Below are positions 45,540-54,859 of a stretch of 64,000 nucleotides of DNA, piece by piece (the first letter of the stretch is position 1; each line of letters starts with the position of its first letter). The translations under genes were made by a program, and so were the position numbers. This DNA comes from Oscillospiraceae bacterium (GTDB lineage Bacteria; Bacillota; Clostridia; Oscillospirales; Ruminococcaceae), in the NCBI GenBank assembly GCA_004556975.1, contig SFFD01000005.1, forward strand, positions 2,429-66,428, read 5' to 3'. The notes beneath the pieces are model-generated. The model was not told where the DNA came from. It saw nothing but the letters and a program-made list of their open reading frames with translations, and made no database searches.

Positions 45540-46358
45540 TTACCTTGTTGTAAGCTCCTCCGGGTCAAGGCGGGTAACATTGCAAAGCTCCTCGCCAAGA
45601 AATTCTTTGCCCAGCCTTGTAAAGCCCTCTATTTTATCGGTAACAAAAAACTTCATTTTGCCGCTTTGCCCGGATGAAAGCAAGCCGTTTTCTTCAAGAA
45701 ATTCCTTTGCGGCGACTGCGGCTTCGCTGCCCGCGTCAATAAGCATAAGCCTGTACCCGGTAAGTTTATCAATAAGATTATAAAGCAGCGGGTAATGCGT
45801 GCACCCGAGAATGAGGGTGTCTATATCCTTTCCGTCAAAGGCTGAAAGATAATCTTTTGCCACAAGGCGGGTTACTTCACAGTCTGCGCCGGAATATCCG
45901 TTTTCCACAAGCGGAACAAAAAGCGGGCATGCCTTTGCGGTAAATTCCGCATGGGGAAGCAGGTTTTTTGTCAGCTTTTCGTAAGAACGGCTTGCCACCG
46001 TTGCCGCCGTGGCAATAAGACCGATTTTTTCGTTTTTTGTTGCGGCGGCGGCGGCTTTAACCGCAGGTTTTACAACGCCCATGCAGGGAACGGAAAATCC
46101 CTTGCCCATATCTTCGCCCAGCACAGAGCTTACCGTGCCGCAGGCGACGATTATCATTTTTACATTCTGCTTTTCAAGAAAGCGCATACATTCCGCGGCA
46201 TATTTTCGGATGACCTCCGGACTTCTGCTGCCGTAAGGCACCCGTCCGGTATCACCGAAAAACACAATATTCTCCTGCGGAAGAATTCTGCGCAGTTCAC
46301 GCACGGCGGTAAGACCGCCGAGACCGGAATCAAAAACGCCGATAGCTCTTTCGTCCAT
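45540..46358 (-). CDS. murI: Glutamate racemase
   Basis: GVFDSGLGGLT, VACGT and LGCTHYP motifs. Confidence 0.95.
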   Translation of the reverse strand: MDERAIGVFDSGLGGLTAVRELRRILPQENIVFFGDTGRVPYGSRSPEVIRKYAAECMRFLEKQNVKMIIVACGTVSSVLGEDMGKGFSVPCMGVVKPAVKAAAAATKNEKIGLIATAATVASRSYEKLTKNLLPHAEFTAKACPLFVPLVENGYSGADCEVTRLVAKDYLSAFDGKDIDTLILGCTHYPLLYNLIDKLTGYRLMLIDAGSEAAVAAKEFLEENGLLSSGQSGKMKFFVTDKIEGFTRLGKEFLGEELCNVTRLDPEELTTR

Positions 46359-47431
46359 TATTCCTCCGAAAATTCCTCTATGGCAAGCTCAATAAGTCCT
46401 GAAATAAGCTCGGAATAGCTCATTCCTGCCGCCATCATAAGCTTTGGGTACATTGAAATATCAGTAAATCCGGGAAGGGTGTTCGGCTCGTTAAGAACAA
46501 CCTTGCCGGTTTCGCGTTCCATAAGAAAATCCACTCTGGTAAGACCGCGGCAACCGAGAATCTGATAGGCAAGCATGGCCATACCGCGAATTTCCTCCGC
46601 CTTTTCTTCAGAAAGGCGCGCCGGTATGTAAAGCTTGCTTTCCGCATTGAAATATTTGGCGTCATAGCTGTAAAATTCATCGGCGGGAACAATTTCTCCC
46701 GGGCCGCCCACAGAAAGTTCGCGGTTGCCGAAAACGGCGCATTCCACCTCGACGGGGTCTTTAACCGCTTCTTCAACAATAATCTTTACATCGTTCATGA
46801 ATGCAAGGGCAAAGGCGTCGCCAAGCTCCGCTTCGCTTTTTACCTTGCTTATTCCCACGGAAGAGCCTGCGTTTGCAGGCTTTACAAAAACAGGATAACC
46901 AAGTTCCGTGCTCACGGTGTGATACGCGTGCTCAAGGTCGCAGCCGCGCATAAATGTAAGCCATTTTACCTGGGGCACGCCCGCGTTTTTGAGCACGGCG
47001 TGGCAAACGTCCTTATCCATGCACAGCGCGGAAGAAAGCACCCGGCACCCCACATAGGGAATACCCGCAATCTCAAGCAGACCCTGCATGCTTCCGTCCT
47101 CGCCGTTCCTTCCGTGCAGAACCGGGAATACGGCGTCTATTCTGTGAGGGAACATGGTGGGGCCTTCTTCAACCATCATGCCGTGAACGCTTCTGTCGGG
47201 GCAGATGAACGCCCGTTTAAGATTTTTTTCGTCCTCTTCCCATTTGTTTTGGCGAACATTTTCAATGCCGCCGGAATAAAGGAACCATTTGCCGTCCTTT
47301 GTAATGCCCAAAAGCTGCGGCTCATATTTTTCTCTGTCGATATTTTCATAAACAGAAGCGACAGACATGCACGAAACCTCGTGCTCGCTTGAAACGCCGC
47401 CGAAAAGCAGCGCAATTTTCTTTTTACCCAT
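46358..47431 (-). CDS. ddl: D-alanine--D-alanine ligase
   Basis: LFGGVSSEHEVS and HGRNGEDGSMQGLLE motifs plus an ATP-grasp domain. Confidence 0.95.
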   Translation of the reverse strand: MGKKKIALLFGGVSSEHEVSCMSVASVYENIDREKYEPQLLGITKDGKWFLYSGGIENVRQNKWEEDEKNLKRAFICPDRSVHGMMVEEGPTMFPHRIDAVFPVLHGRNGEDGSMQGLLEIAGIPYVGCRVLSSALCMDKDVCHAVLKNAGVPQVKWLTFMRGCDLEHAYHTVSTELGYPVFVKPANAGSSVGISKVKSEAELGDAFALAFMNDVKIIVEEAVKDPVEVECAVFGNRELSVGGPGEIVPADEFYSYDAKYFNAESKLYIPARLSEEKAEEIRGMAMLAYQILGCRGLTRVDFLMERETGKVVLNEPNTLPGFTDISMYPKLMMAAGMSYSELISGLIELAIEEFSEE

Positions 47432-47541
47432 ATAAAAAACCTCTTTTCAGAGTGCGTATTGAATAAATTGACAGAAAGCGTTTGTAAAACGCTTTTCATT
47501 TAAAATTTATGCAGGACAGATTAAAAAAGCACGGTGTGCTT

Positions 47542-48099
47542 TTATATTTTGCCTGCAAGCGCTTCAAGCACCTTGGAATACGTTTCGGCAGGGTCGCTCA
47601 AAAAGCGTTCCCGTACCGCCATGGCCATTTCCTTGTCGGGCATGAAAAGCGAAAGCTCCATAAGGTCGGTGCCTATATCCGTAACGCGCATATGTATTTT
47701 AAATCCGTCCTCGGTTCTTGTAATGGAAACAAGGTTTTCCTTTTCTATGCGCCGCCGACGAAGAATATTTGCCGCGGTTTCCGCAGATTTTTCTTTAACG
47801 GAGGTCGGCAGCTTTCCCGCAAGAGTATCGGCGGCTGCCCTGCCCTTTTCGGTAAGGGAATATTCGCTTATTCCCGCCGGCGATTTAAGTGAAAGAATAC
47901 ATCCGGTGTTTTCAAGTTCCGCCAGCGCGTCGGAAAATTCAAAATAATTGGCCGTTCCGTCGGAAAGTACCGCTTCGGTAAGCTCGTCAAAGCTCATGGG
48001 CGAATCTGCAAAATTAAGTATGTGGCAGATAAGAATTCTTATTTCTCCGCCGTCGGTAAGTCCTCCGAGACGGATTCCCGCGGTGAAGGTTTCTTCCAT
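47542..48099 (-). CDS. DUF4364-family protein (putative winged-helix regulator)
   Basis: The ATG at 48099 is preceded by AAAGGAAGG. The product starts MEETFTAGIRLGGLTDGGEIRILICHIL. The longer 250-aa ORF in the track has no RBS. Confidence 0.65.
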   Translation of the reverse strand: MEETFTAGIRLGGLTDGGEIRILICHILNFADSPMSFDELTEAVLSDGTANYFEFSDALAELENTGCILSLKSPAGISEYSLTEKGRAAADTLAGKLPTSVKEKSAETAANILRRRRIEKENLVSITRTEDGFKIHMRVTDIGTDLMELSLFMPDKEMAMAVRERFLSDPAETYSKVLEALAGKI

Positions 48100-48349
48100 G
48101 GCAAAGCCTTCCTTTCGGCTCCGCAAAGCGGAGCAAATTTTGGCTTTCCCATGCGGGAAAGCCGAATTTTTGCTGCAACCGGCTGCTGCGCTTGCGCAAA
48201 ACAGGTTCCTGCTCATTCTATGATTATAAAGCGAAAAACGAGCAAAGGCGCAGACGCCGCAGACCGCTGCAAAATGCGCCCTTTTTCCGCACATTTTAAG
48301 TTCCGAAGGGCGCAGAGCCTTACCCTGAAACGGTAAAGCGGAAATCTGT

Positions 48350-48388
48350 AAAATTAAACTAAAGAGCGACCCTGCGGCCGCTCTTTAG
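48350..48388 (-). terminator. Rho-independent terminator of the psuG-like gene
   Basis: Minus strand: CTAAAGAGCG-GCCGCAGGGT-CGCTCTTTAG followed by TTTAATTTT. Confidence 0.8.
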
Positions 48389-48399
48389 TCTAAATCAAA

Positions 48400-50409
48400 T
48401 CAGTCGGTCTTTATGCACTTATGAGGAATTTCGTGTTTCTGGAAAATCTGTCCGCAGCGTGTGCATTTCCATGCCCAGGGGTGTTCGCCCGTAAATTCAA
48501 GCGGGCCCTTGCAGTCGATATATTCAGGTTCGGCGGCTTTTTCTTCTTCTTTATGTTTTGCTTCACCTGCCGCTTCGGCAATGCGCTGTTTGCGCTCTTC
48601 CGCACGCTTGCGGTAAAATTCCGGGTCATAGGAAGTCATTCCTTCGGTGTCCATTTCCGGTTTTACCATGTTGTCGGGTTTGCGTTCCTTTTTCTCATGA
48701 ACCGGAGGGACATATTCCGTAAGGGTGTTTTCGTCCTCTGTACCCATAGGGTCGTCAAAGGGCGAAACATATTCGTCAGGGCGCTCCTCCGGCTCGGCAG
48801 AAGCCTGTTCGGCAGCTTCCTCTATTGCAGGCTCGGCAGCGGGCTCGGGAGCGGATTCGACCGCTTCCTCAACAACCTCTTCCGGCTTTTCAACGGTTTC
48901 TTCAACCATCGCCATCACCTCATCGGAGGTACGGGCAATGACGTTGCTTGCGGGAGCGTCACCGCCCACCGCCATGGGTTCGGAAGCAGGCTCCGGCGCT
49001 TTTTCGCGCTTGGGAGCAAAGGGATTTACCCACTGGTCGTCCGGAACGGCTTTATATGCCGGCGCGGGAGCGGGCGCGGGTTCCGGTTCGGGCTGAACCG
49101 CCGGTCTTACGGGTTTATAGGGGTTGACATATGGCTGCGCGGAAGCCGGCTGGTACGGCTGCTGCTGGAACTGCTCCGGCATGGGCTGATACGGCGGCTG
49201 ATAGGGGTTCGGCGCCGGCTGGTAAGGATTTTGCTGATACGGGTTAGAAGCAGGCTGCTGCGCGGCATAGGGGTTCTGCTGCTGGTACGGCATCTGCTGA
49301 TAGGGATTCATATAGGGGTTCATAAAGGCCGGCATAGGCGCGGCGGCCATTCTTTGGCTGATAAGCGTTTCCATTTCGCTGCGGAAAGAGGCAATCTCTC
49401 TGCTTATACTTTCCGCGGTGTCGTCGGCTATCTCCGCACGAAGCATATCAAGGCTTTCTTCCTCGTCTTCGGCAGCTTTGTCCTGCGCCTCAAGCGCGGA
49501 AAGGGCAACGGCGGTTTTTGCGGCCACTCTTGCGTTGTTATAAACAAGCTGAATGTTGGAATCAAGGCTCATGCCGCCGGTCATTTCTTTAACAAGAGCA
49601 AGAAGGAAGGGGGTGAGCTGTTTGCCCTTAATTCCGTTTTCCTCTGCTTTCTTTACCGCAATGTCAATGGCTCTGTCTGCCATGGCCTTCGGCATTTCAT
49701 ATTCCTTGGGAATGGGGTTGCCCACAAGAATTCCGCCGTGAACGCCAAGGTCATGCTTTGCCTTTATGGTTGCGGCAAGCTCTTCGGGAGTATCTACGCG
49801 ATAGTCAACGCCAAAGCCGCTTTCACGGCAGTAAAATGCGGGAAGCTCGTCCGTGCCGTAGCCAAGTACCGGCACGCCTTTGGTTTCAAGGTATTCAAGG
49901 GTAAGACCTATATCAAGAATTGATTTTGCGCCGGCGCAGACAACGGTAACGTCGGTGCGGCCAAGCTCCTCAAGGTCGGCGGAAATATCCATGGTGGTTT
50001 CCGCTCCGCGGTGAACGCCGCCTATGCCGCCGGTGGCAAAAATCTTTATGCCTGCCATTGCGGCAATAATCATGGTGGAAGCAACGGTGGTTGCGCCGTC
50101 CATGCCCTTTGCGGCAAGTACGGGAAGGTCGCGGCGGGAAGCTTTTGTTACCGCCATACCCTTTTTGCCGAGATACTCAATTTCGTCGGCGGAAAGACCA
50201 ACCTTCATTTTGCCCCCGATAATGGCAATGGTTGCGGGAACCGCCCCTTCGGAACGGATAATATCCTCAACGTTGCGTGCGGTTTCCACATTTTGCGGGT
50301 ACGGCATTCCGTGGCTGATGATGGTGGATTCAAGGGCGACAACGGGGCGCCCCTCTTTAAGTGCGGCGCCTACCTCCGGCGCTATATCAAGGTAAAAACT
50401 TTTATTCAT
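48400..50409 (-). CDS. psuG: Pseudouridine-5'-phosphate glycosidase (PsuG) domain fused to a roughly 370-aa low-complexity extension
   Basis: The N-terminal roughly 300 aa match PsuG/IndA (ALESTIISHGMPYPQN, ATGGIGGVHRG). This is followed by an acidic helix, an NPY/Q/P-rich tract, an acidic E/P/A tract and a Cys/His-containing terminus (WKCTRCGQIFQKHEIPHKC). It is a single uninterrupted ORF. Confidence 0.85.
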   Translation of the reverse strand: MNKSFYLDIAPEVGAALKEGRPVVALESTIISHGMPYPQNVETARNVEDIIRSEGAVPATIAIIGGKMKVGLSADEIEYLGKKGMAVTKASRRDLPVLAAKGMDGATTVASTMIIAAMAGIKIFATGGIGGVHRGAETTMDISADLEELGRTDVTVVCAGAKSILDIGLTLEYLETKGVPVLGYGTDELPAFYCRESGFGVDYRVDTPEELAATIKAKHDLGVHGGILVGNPIPKEYEMPKAMADRAIDIAVKKAEENGIKGKQLTPFLLALVKEMTGGMSLDSNIQLVYNNARVAAKTAVALSALEAQDKAAEDEEESLDMLRAEIADDTAESISREIASFRSEMETLISQRMAAAPMPAFMNPYMNPYQQMPYQQQNPYAAQQPASNPYQQNPYQPAPNPYQPPYQPMPEQFQQQPYQPASAQPYVNPYKPVRPAVQPEPEPAPAPAPAYKAVPDDQWVNPFAPKREKAPEPASEPMAVGGDAPASNVIARTSDEVMAMVEETVEKPEEVVEEAVESAPEPAAEPAIEEAAEQASAEPEERPDEYVSPFDDPMGTEDENTLTEYVPPVHEKKERKPDNMVKPEMDTEGMTSYDPEFYRKRAEERKQRIAEAAGEAKHKEEEKAAEPEYIDCKGPLEFTGEHPWAWKCTRCGQIFQKHEIPHKCIKTD

Positions 50410-50447
50410 ATCAAGTTTCCTCCGTTAAGCAAACTAATACATATATA

Positions 50448-50476
50448 ATAATAATAGAAATCGCGTGGAATGTCAA
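50448..50476 (-). promoter_or_regulatory. Sigma-A-type promoter of the psuG-like gene
   Basis: Minus strand: TTGACA, 17-nt spacer, TATTAT. Confidence 0.6.
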
Positions 50477-50675
50477 TAACGCTCCGTCTGCCGAACCGGA
50501 AAAAGCAAAAGTTTTTAATCGGGGCGCTTTATAAATATTATCATAAAATTTTATCCGTTTCGCCGGATTTTAAAAATTTCCGCTGTATTTTTGCCTTTTT
50601 CGGGGCTATGTATGAAATGTTTTTTGGGGGAAGATTTCGGCGGTACTGCTTAGGGCTTTATAAATAACCGCGCAC

Positions 50676-50716
50676 AAAAAGCGGCCGCCCGCTCAGTTTG
50701 GAGCGGGCGTTTCTTT
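50676..50716 (-). terminator. Terminator after the spoIIID-downstream gene
   Basis: CGCCCGCTC-n6-GAGCGGGCG hairpin flanked by A- and T-runs. Confidence 0.7.
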
Positions 50717-50717
50717 T

Positions 50718-51572
50718 TCACTCATTTTTTTCTGCCGTAAAATATTTTTTTATCCTTTCCCTTGTAACGGCGGAAAAATAAAGTTCGCCGCCTGCGCCTT
50801 CATCAAGGTCGCAGGTAACATGGCTTGAAATGGGGCTTTTTTCGGCGCAAAGCGCTTTTACGGCGCCGCGAAGCTCGGCGCGCGAAAATGCGTCAACGGA
50901 ATTTTCGGTGGAGGAATAGACCGAAGAGGAAAGCGCGGAACCTTCCGGAAGAAAGCGCCGCACTCGCCTTCCGAAAAAAGAGGAAATCAGGCGGGAAGTA
51001 ACGTCACAGCGGGAAATTTCGTCAAAATCGGGATAGGTGACAAGGTCGTAAAATTTTTTGCCCGTAATGCTTTGCACTCCGGCGGAAAGATCGATGTAGC
51101 GTTCGCCGTCGGAATAGAAGAGGCTTTCCGGCAGAATATAATCAAAAGAGCCGGCTTTCGCCATAACCGTCTCGCAGGTGTTCCGGTTCCATATAAACCA
51201 GCCCGAAACCGCTATGCCAAGCTCTTTTTCTGTTGCGGCGGCAAACTCGCTGTGAGAAAGCTCTTTATAGACTTTTGCGGCAGCCGGCATGTCTGGCAAG
51301 CTTTCAAAGACGACGGCGTCAGGGAATGTAAGCACGGGAATTCTTCCGTTTTGCGGGTCAAAGCACACAAGAGTAAAGGGCCCGGCGGCGCCGTCTTCCT
51401 CAAAAATCAAAAGCAGGGTTTCGCTTTCGGCATAAATTTCCGGCGAAGAGCTTTCCGCTTCCGCCGGCGCTTTTTTGTCGGTTGCGGAATATCGGTATAC
51501 GAAAATCGCCGCCGCGGAAAATACAAAAACAAAGCCCGTAAAAAAGGCAAGCATAAAGATTTTAAGTTTCAT
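50718..51572 (-). CDS. Membrane-anchored hypothetical protein (downstream of spoIIID)
   Basis: N-terminal TM segment MKLKIFMLAFFTGFVFVFSAAAIFVY and a roughly 250-aa extracytoplasmic domain. I cannot assign a family with confidence. Confidence 0.6.
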   Translation of the reverse strand: MKLKIFMLAFFTGFVFVFSAAAIFVYRYSATDKKAPAEAESSSPEIYAESETLLLIFEEDGAAGPFTLVCFDPQNGRIPVLTFPDAVVFESLPDMPAAAKVYKELSHSEFAAATEKELGIAVSGWFIWNRNTCETVMAKAGSFDYILPESLFYSDGERYIDLSAGVQSITGKKFYDLVTYPDFDEISRCDVTSRLISSFFGRRVRRFLPEGSALSSSVYSSTENSVDAFSRAELRGAVKALCAEKSPISSHVTCDLDEGAGGELYFSAVTRERIKKYFTAEKNE

Positions 51573-51640
51573 AAAGAAATCCCCTTCCGGGGATTAGTTT
51601 TGCATTTTTGTCAGCGGGTTATTCCCGCCGCGGCGATTTT

Positions 51641-51907
51641 TCAGCGGGTTTGCTCCTCGCGGATTCGTTCATATTTTTGTTTTGTCGCTTCGCCGCCGCG
51701 AAGGTGGCGTTCCCTTTTGTTTTGCTCCAGAACGGATTTGGCTTCTGCGAAAAGCGCGGGACTTATATGTGCAAGTCGTTCGGAAACATCCTTGTGCACC
51801 GTGCTTTTGCTTACCCCAAAGCGCTTTGCGGTTTGGCGCACCGTTGTTTTGTTTTCAATTATGTATTCCGCCGCGGCAACGGCTCTTTCTTCCGGAAGAC
51901 CTTTCAT
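51641..51907 (-). CDS. spoIIID: Stage III sporulation protein D (sporulation transcriptional regulator)
   Basis: 88-aa HTH protein ...TVRQTAKRFGVSKSTVHKDVSERL..., highly similar to B. subtilis SpoIIID. Confidence 0.93.
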   Translation of the reverse strand: MKGLPEERAVAAAEYIIENKTTVRQTAKRFGVSKSTVHKDVSERLAHISPALFAEAKSVLEQNKRERHLRGGEATKQKYERIREEQTR

Positions 51908-51944
51908 GAACAGACATTACCTCCTAAAAAACAGTTTAGTGTAA

Positions 51945-51974
51945 AAGGTATGAAAGAAAATAAAGAAATATTAC
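51945..51974 (-). promoter_or_regulatory. Candidate sigma-E-type promoter of spoIIID
   Basis: Minus strand: GTAATATT, 14 nt, CATACCTT. This resembles the B. subtilis sigma-E consensus (ATATT ... CATACA-T). spoIIID is sigma-E-dependent in B. subtilis. Confidence 0.4.
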
Positions 51975-52156
51975 CGCAAAACGGCTTTTTCCCAAAGTGA
52001 AGCGCTGCCGCCGGGAGTTTAATACACATGATAATAATTTCTTAAGCTATTCTTAAATCTTTCGCGGCTTGTTTCTTAAATTTATTTTCTTTATCATTTG
52101 TTACGGAAAGAAAAATAAGGTGTGATTTTCAGGAAAATGAAAGGAGAATAAAATTT

Positions 52157-53410
52157 ATGGATGCCCTGCTTACCATAAACTTTTTATTAGCGGCAATATT
52201 TTTTATCTGTTATGCATATCAGTTCATATACATTCCCGTTCCGTGGTTCAAAAAACCGCATGAGCATGCGGTTGAGCACCGCCACCGCTTTGCGGTGCTT
52301 ATCTGCGCGCGAAATGAAGAACGCGTAATTGCAAAGCTTATAGAGAGCATACACCGTCAGACATACGACTGCGGAAGCATACGCGTTTTCGTAATGGCGG
52401 ACAACTGCACCGACAATACCGCAAGGGTTGCCCGCAACGCGGGCGCCGCAGTATATAAAAGAAATAACCCCTTCCTTATAGGAAAGGGCTATGCGCTGGA
52501 GGAGCTTCTTAACAACATTACCGAGGATTATCCCCGCGGATATTTTGACGGATATTTTGTTTTTGACGCAGACAATGTTCTTGACAAGAACTATATAAAA
52601 GAGATGAACCGCACCTTTTGCGACGGTTACGATATAATAACAAGCTACAGAGATTCCAAAAACTACGGCGACAACTGGATTTCGGCGGGCTATGCCCTTT
52701 GGTTTCTTAGGGAATCCAGATATCTTAATCATGCGCGTTTTCTTTTGGGCACAAGCTGCGCCGTTTCAGGAACAGGCTTTTTCTTCAGCAAAAGAATCCT
52801 TGAAAAAAACGGCGGATGGCCGTTTCACCTGCTTACCGAGGACATTGAGTTCACCGTGCACAACATAATTAACGGCGAAAAGGTCGGCTTTTGCCCAAAA
52901 GCGGTGCTTTATGATGAACAGCCGACTTCGTTCTGCCAGTCCTGCCGCCAGCGTATGCGCTGGGCAAAGGGATATATTCAGGTGTTTCGGAAATACGGAG
53001 CGGATTTGCTTAAAGGCGCGCTGCGCGGAAATTTCTCCTGCTTTGATATGGCAATGGCAATAATGCCCGCGGTGGTGCTTACCGCAGCCTGCATTCTGGT
53101 AAACTCCGTAACGGCGGCGCTTACCCTGGCTTCGGGGGGAAGCCTTGTTCCCATACTTGTTTCGGTAGGACAAAGCATACTCAATATGTATCTTACGCTT
53201 TTTGCCATAGGCGCCGTTACTACCGCTACGGAATGGAAGATGATTGCCGCCCCGACATGGAAAAAGATAATTTATACCTTCACATTTCCGCTTTTTATGT
53301 TCACCTACATACCGATTTCCTTCGCGGCAATTTTTGCCCATGTTGAATGGAAACCCATTGAGCACAGCGTAAGCGTAAGCTGCGAAGAACTCTGGCAGGA
53401 GGGCGCATGA
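52157..53410 (+). CDS. Family 2 glycosyltransferase, membrane-embedded processive synthase type
   Basis: GT-A motifs VLICARNEE, DADN and TEDIEF, the QRMRWAKG (QxxRW) motif, one N-terminal TM segment and about 4 C-terminal TM segments. Confidence 0.85.
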   Translation: MDALLTINFLLAAIFFICYAYQFIYIPVPWFKKPHEHAVEHRHRFAVLICARNEERVIAKLIESIHRQTYDCGSIRVFVMADNCTDNTARVARNAGAAVYKRNNPFLIGKGYALEELLNNITEDYPRGYFDGYFVFDADNVLDKNYIKEMNRTFCDGYDIITSYRDSKNYGDNWISAGYALWFLRESRYLNHARFLLGTSCAVSGTGFFFSKRILEKNGGWPFHLLTEDIEFTVHNIINGEKVGFCPKAVLYDEQPTSFCQSCRQRMRWAKGYIQVFRKYGADLLKGALRGNFSCFDMAMAIMPAVVLTAACILVNSVTAALTLASGGSLVPILVSVGQSILNMYLTLFAIGAVTTATEWKMIAAPTWKKIIYTFTFPLFMFTYIPISFAAIFAHVEWKPIEHSVSVSCEELWQEGA

Positions 53411-53760
53411 ACGACCAAAGCCCTGCAGCAGGGCAAAATTATGAATATGCGGTAAGCATAGAAAAAATCCAAAGCCGCACAAAAAAGCTGTGTCTTGCGG
53501 TGGTTTCCGCCGCGCTTTGCACGCTTATGTTTTGGCTTTCCATGGGCACGGCGGATTATGTTCGGGTAATGAAGCTTCACGAGAGGCCGCTTTTCTGCGT
53601 TGCCTCCGACCTCAATGAACAGGGCGGCTGCTTTTACGGCTTCGGATATTCTTTTGATATTGAAGGCGATTTTGCCGATGGCGCAGCCGAAAGCGGCAAG
53701 ATAAAAGGCGCAACAATGTATATCTTTGGTATGAAGGCGGGGCATACCTCGGAAAAATAG
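53407..53760 (+). CDS. Small membrane-anchored hypothetical protein, translationally coupled to the GT2 gene
   Basis: ATGA overlap with the GT2 stop. One TM segment (LCLAVVSAALCTLMFWL). No family recognised. Confidence 0.55.
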   Translation: MNDQSPAAGQNYEYAVSIEKIQSRTKKLCLAVVSAALCTLMFWLSMGTADYVRVMKLHERPLFCVASDLNEQGGCFYGFGYSFDIEGDFADGAAESGKIKGATMYIFGMKAGHTSEK

Positions 53761-53840
53761 CCGTCGGCTGCGCTTTTCCGCCAAAAATCAGAGATTCGGG
53801 CGATACAGCATTAAGCCCTTTCTCGCATATATAACAGCAA

Positions 53841-53879
53841 ATTCCGGAGAAGGCCTGCCTTCTCCGGAATTTGTATTTT
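53841..53879 (+). terminator. Rho-independent terminator
   Basis: 13-bp stem ATTCCGGAGAAGG/CCTTCTCCGGAAT followed by a T-rich tail. Confidence 0.85.
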
Positions 53880-53890
53880 ATCCGTATACA

Positions 53891-53923
53891 AAAAATCCCC
53901 CGCCTGAATGGCGGGGGATTTTC
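53891..53923. terminator. Bidirectional terminator (ATCCCCCGCC/GGCGGGGGAT)
   Basis: 10-bp stem flanked by A5 and T4. It serves tmk on the minus strand. Confidence 0.85.
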
Positions 53924-53935
53924 GAAACAGGAAAA

Positions 53936-54562
53936 TCAAAGCAATTTTTCAACAGCGGCGCGGATATCTTCAAAAACGTCTTCCTTTGCGCGCGCGCCGT
54001 CCACAACAACGATATTATCCCTTCCGGCAAGCATATCGAAAACAATGCCGTAGCGCCGGCGGGTTTCTGCAATAACGGCGGCGTTTTCCTCATAGATTTC
54101 AAAATGACTGCGGCCGGCCTGAATGTGTTCCATGCATTTTTCCGGGTCGAGGTCAATAAAAATACATATATCCGGCTTCATAATGGACGGGCAGTTAAGA
54201 TTCATCGCGGCAACCCATTCAAGAGAACCGCCCACGCCCTGATAAGCGATGGAGGAGTAATAATATCTGTCGCACACAACATCGGTTCCGCTTTCGATAT
54301 ACCGGCGGATTCCGCTTTTCGGGCTTACGTTATGGGCAACTCGGTCGGCAAGAAACATTGCCGCAAGCTCGTCGTTTGTGCGCGGGTGTTCCGCCCCAAG
54401 ACCGTCGCGCACCATTCCGCCAAGGCCGCTTGCGGTGGGCTCTGCGGTGTGGTGAACGCGGCGACCCTTGCTTCGCAGATATGCCGCAAGAAGCTCCGCC
54501 TGAGTGGTCTTTCCGCTTCCGTCAACACCCTCTATTACAATAAAAAGTCCTTTTTCACTCAT
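53936..54562 (-). CDS. tmk: dTMP (thymidylate) kinase
   Basis: FIVIEGVDGSGKTTQ P-loop and the DRY motif region. Confidence 0.95.
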   Translation of the reverse strand: MSEKGLFIVIEGVDGSGKTTQAELLAAYLRSKGRRVHHTAEPTASGLGGMVRDGLGAEHPRTNDELAAMFLADRVAHNVSPKSGIRRYIESGTDVVCDRYYYSSIAYQGVGGSLEWVAAMNLNCPSIMKPDICIFIDLDPEKCMEHIQAGRSHFEIYEENAAVIAETRRRYGIVFDMLAGRDNIVVVDGARAKEDVFEDIRAAVEKLL

Positions 54563-54731
54563 AATTCAAGCACCTTTCAAAAACACAAGTCAACTGAAAT
54601 TATTATATCCCATGCAAAAGCGAATGTCAAATTATAAGCCGCTTATGCGCGGGCAGGCAAAGGCGCATCGGGATATATTCCCCGGCAGCAGAAAGTCTTT
54701 TATATTTATATAAAAATAGAATAAAAAATAG

Positions 54732-54760
54732 TTGTAACTCAAGATGCGATTTGTTATAAT
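54732..54760 (+). promoter_or_regulatory. Sigma-A-type promoter of gdpP-rplI-dnaB
   Basis: TTGTAA, 17-nt spacer, TGtTATAAT. Confidence 0.6.
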
Positions 54761-54859
54761 GTAATATGTATATTCGCATATATATGCGTTTTTGAGGATT
54801 GCGGCGCGCTGCGGCGCCGGTAATCCTGACCACGAGAAGGAAAGGAGGCATTTTCGCGG

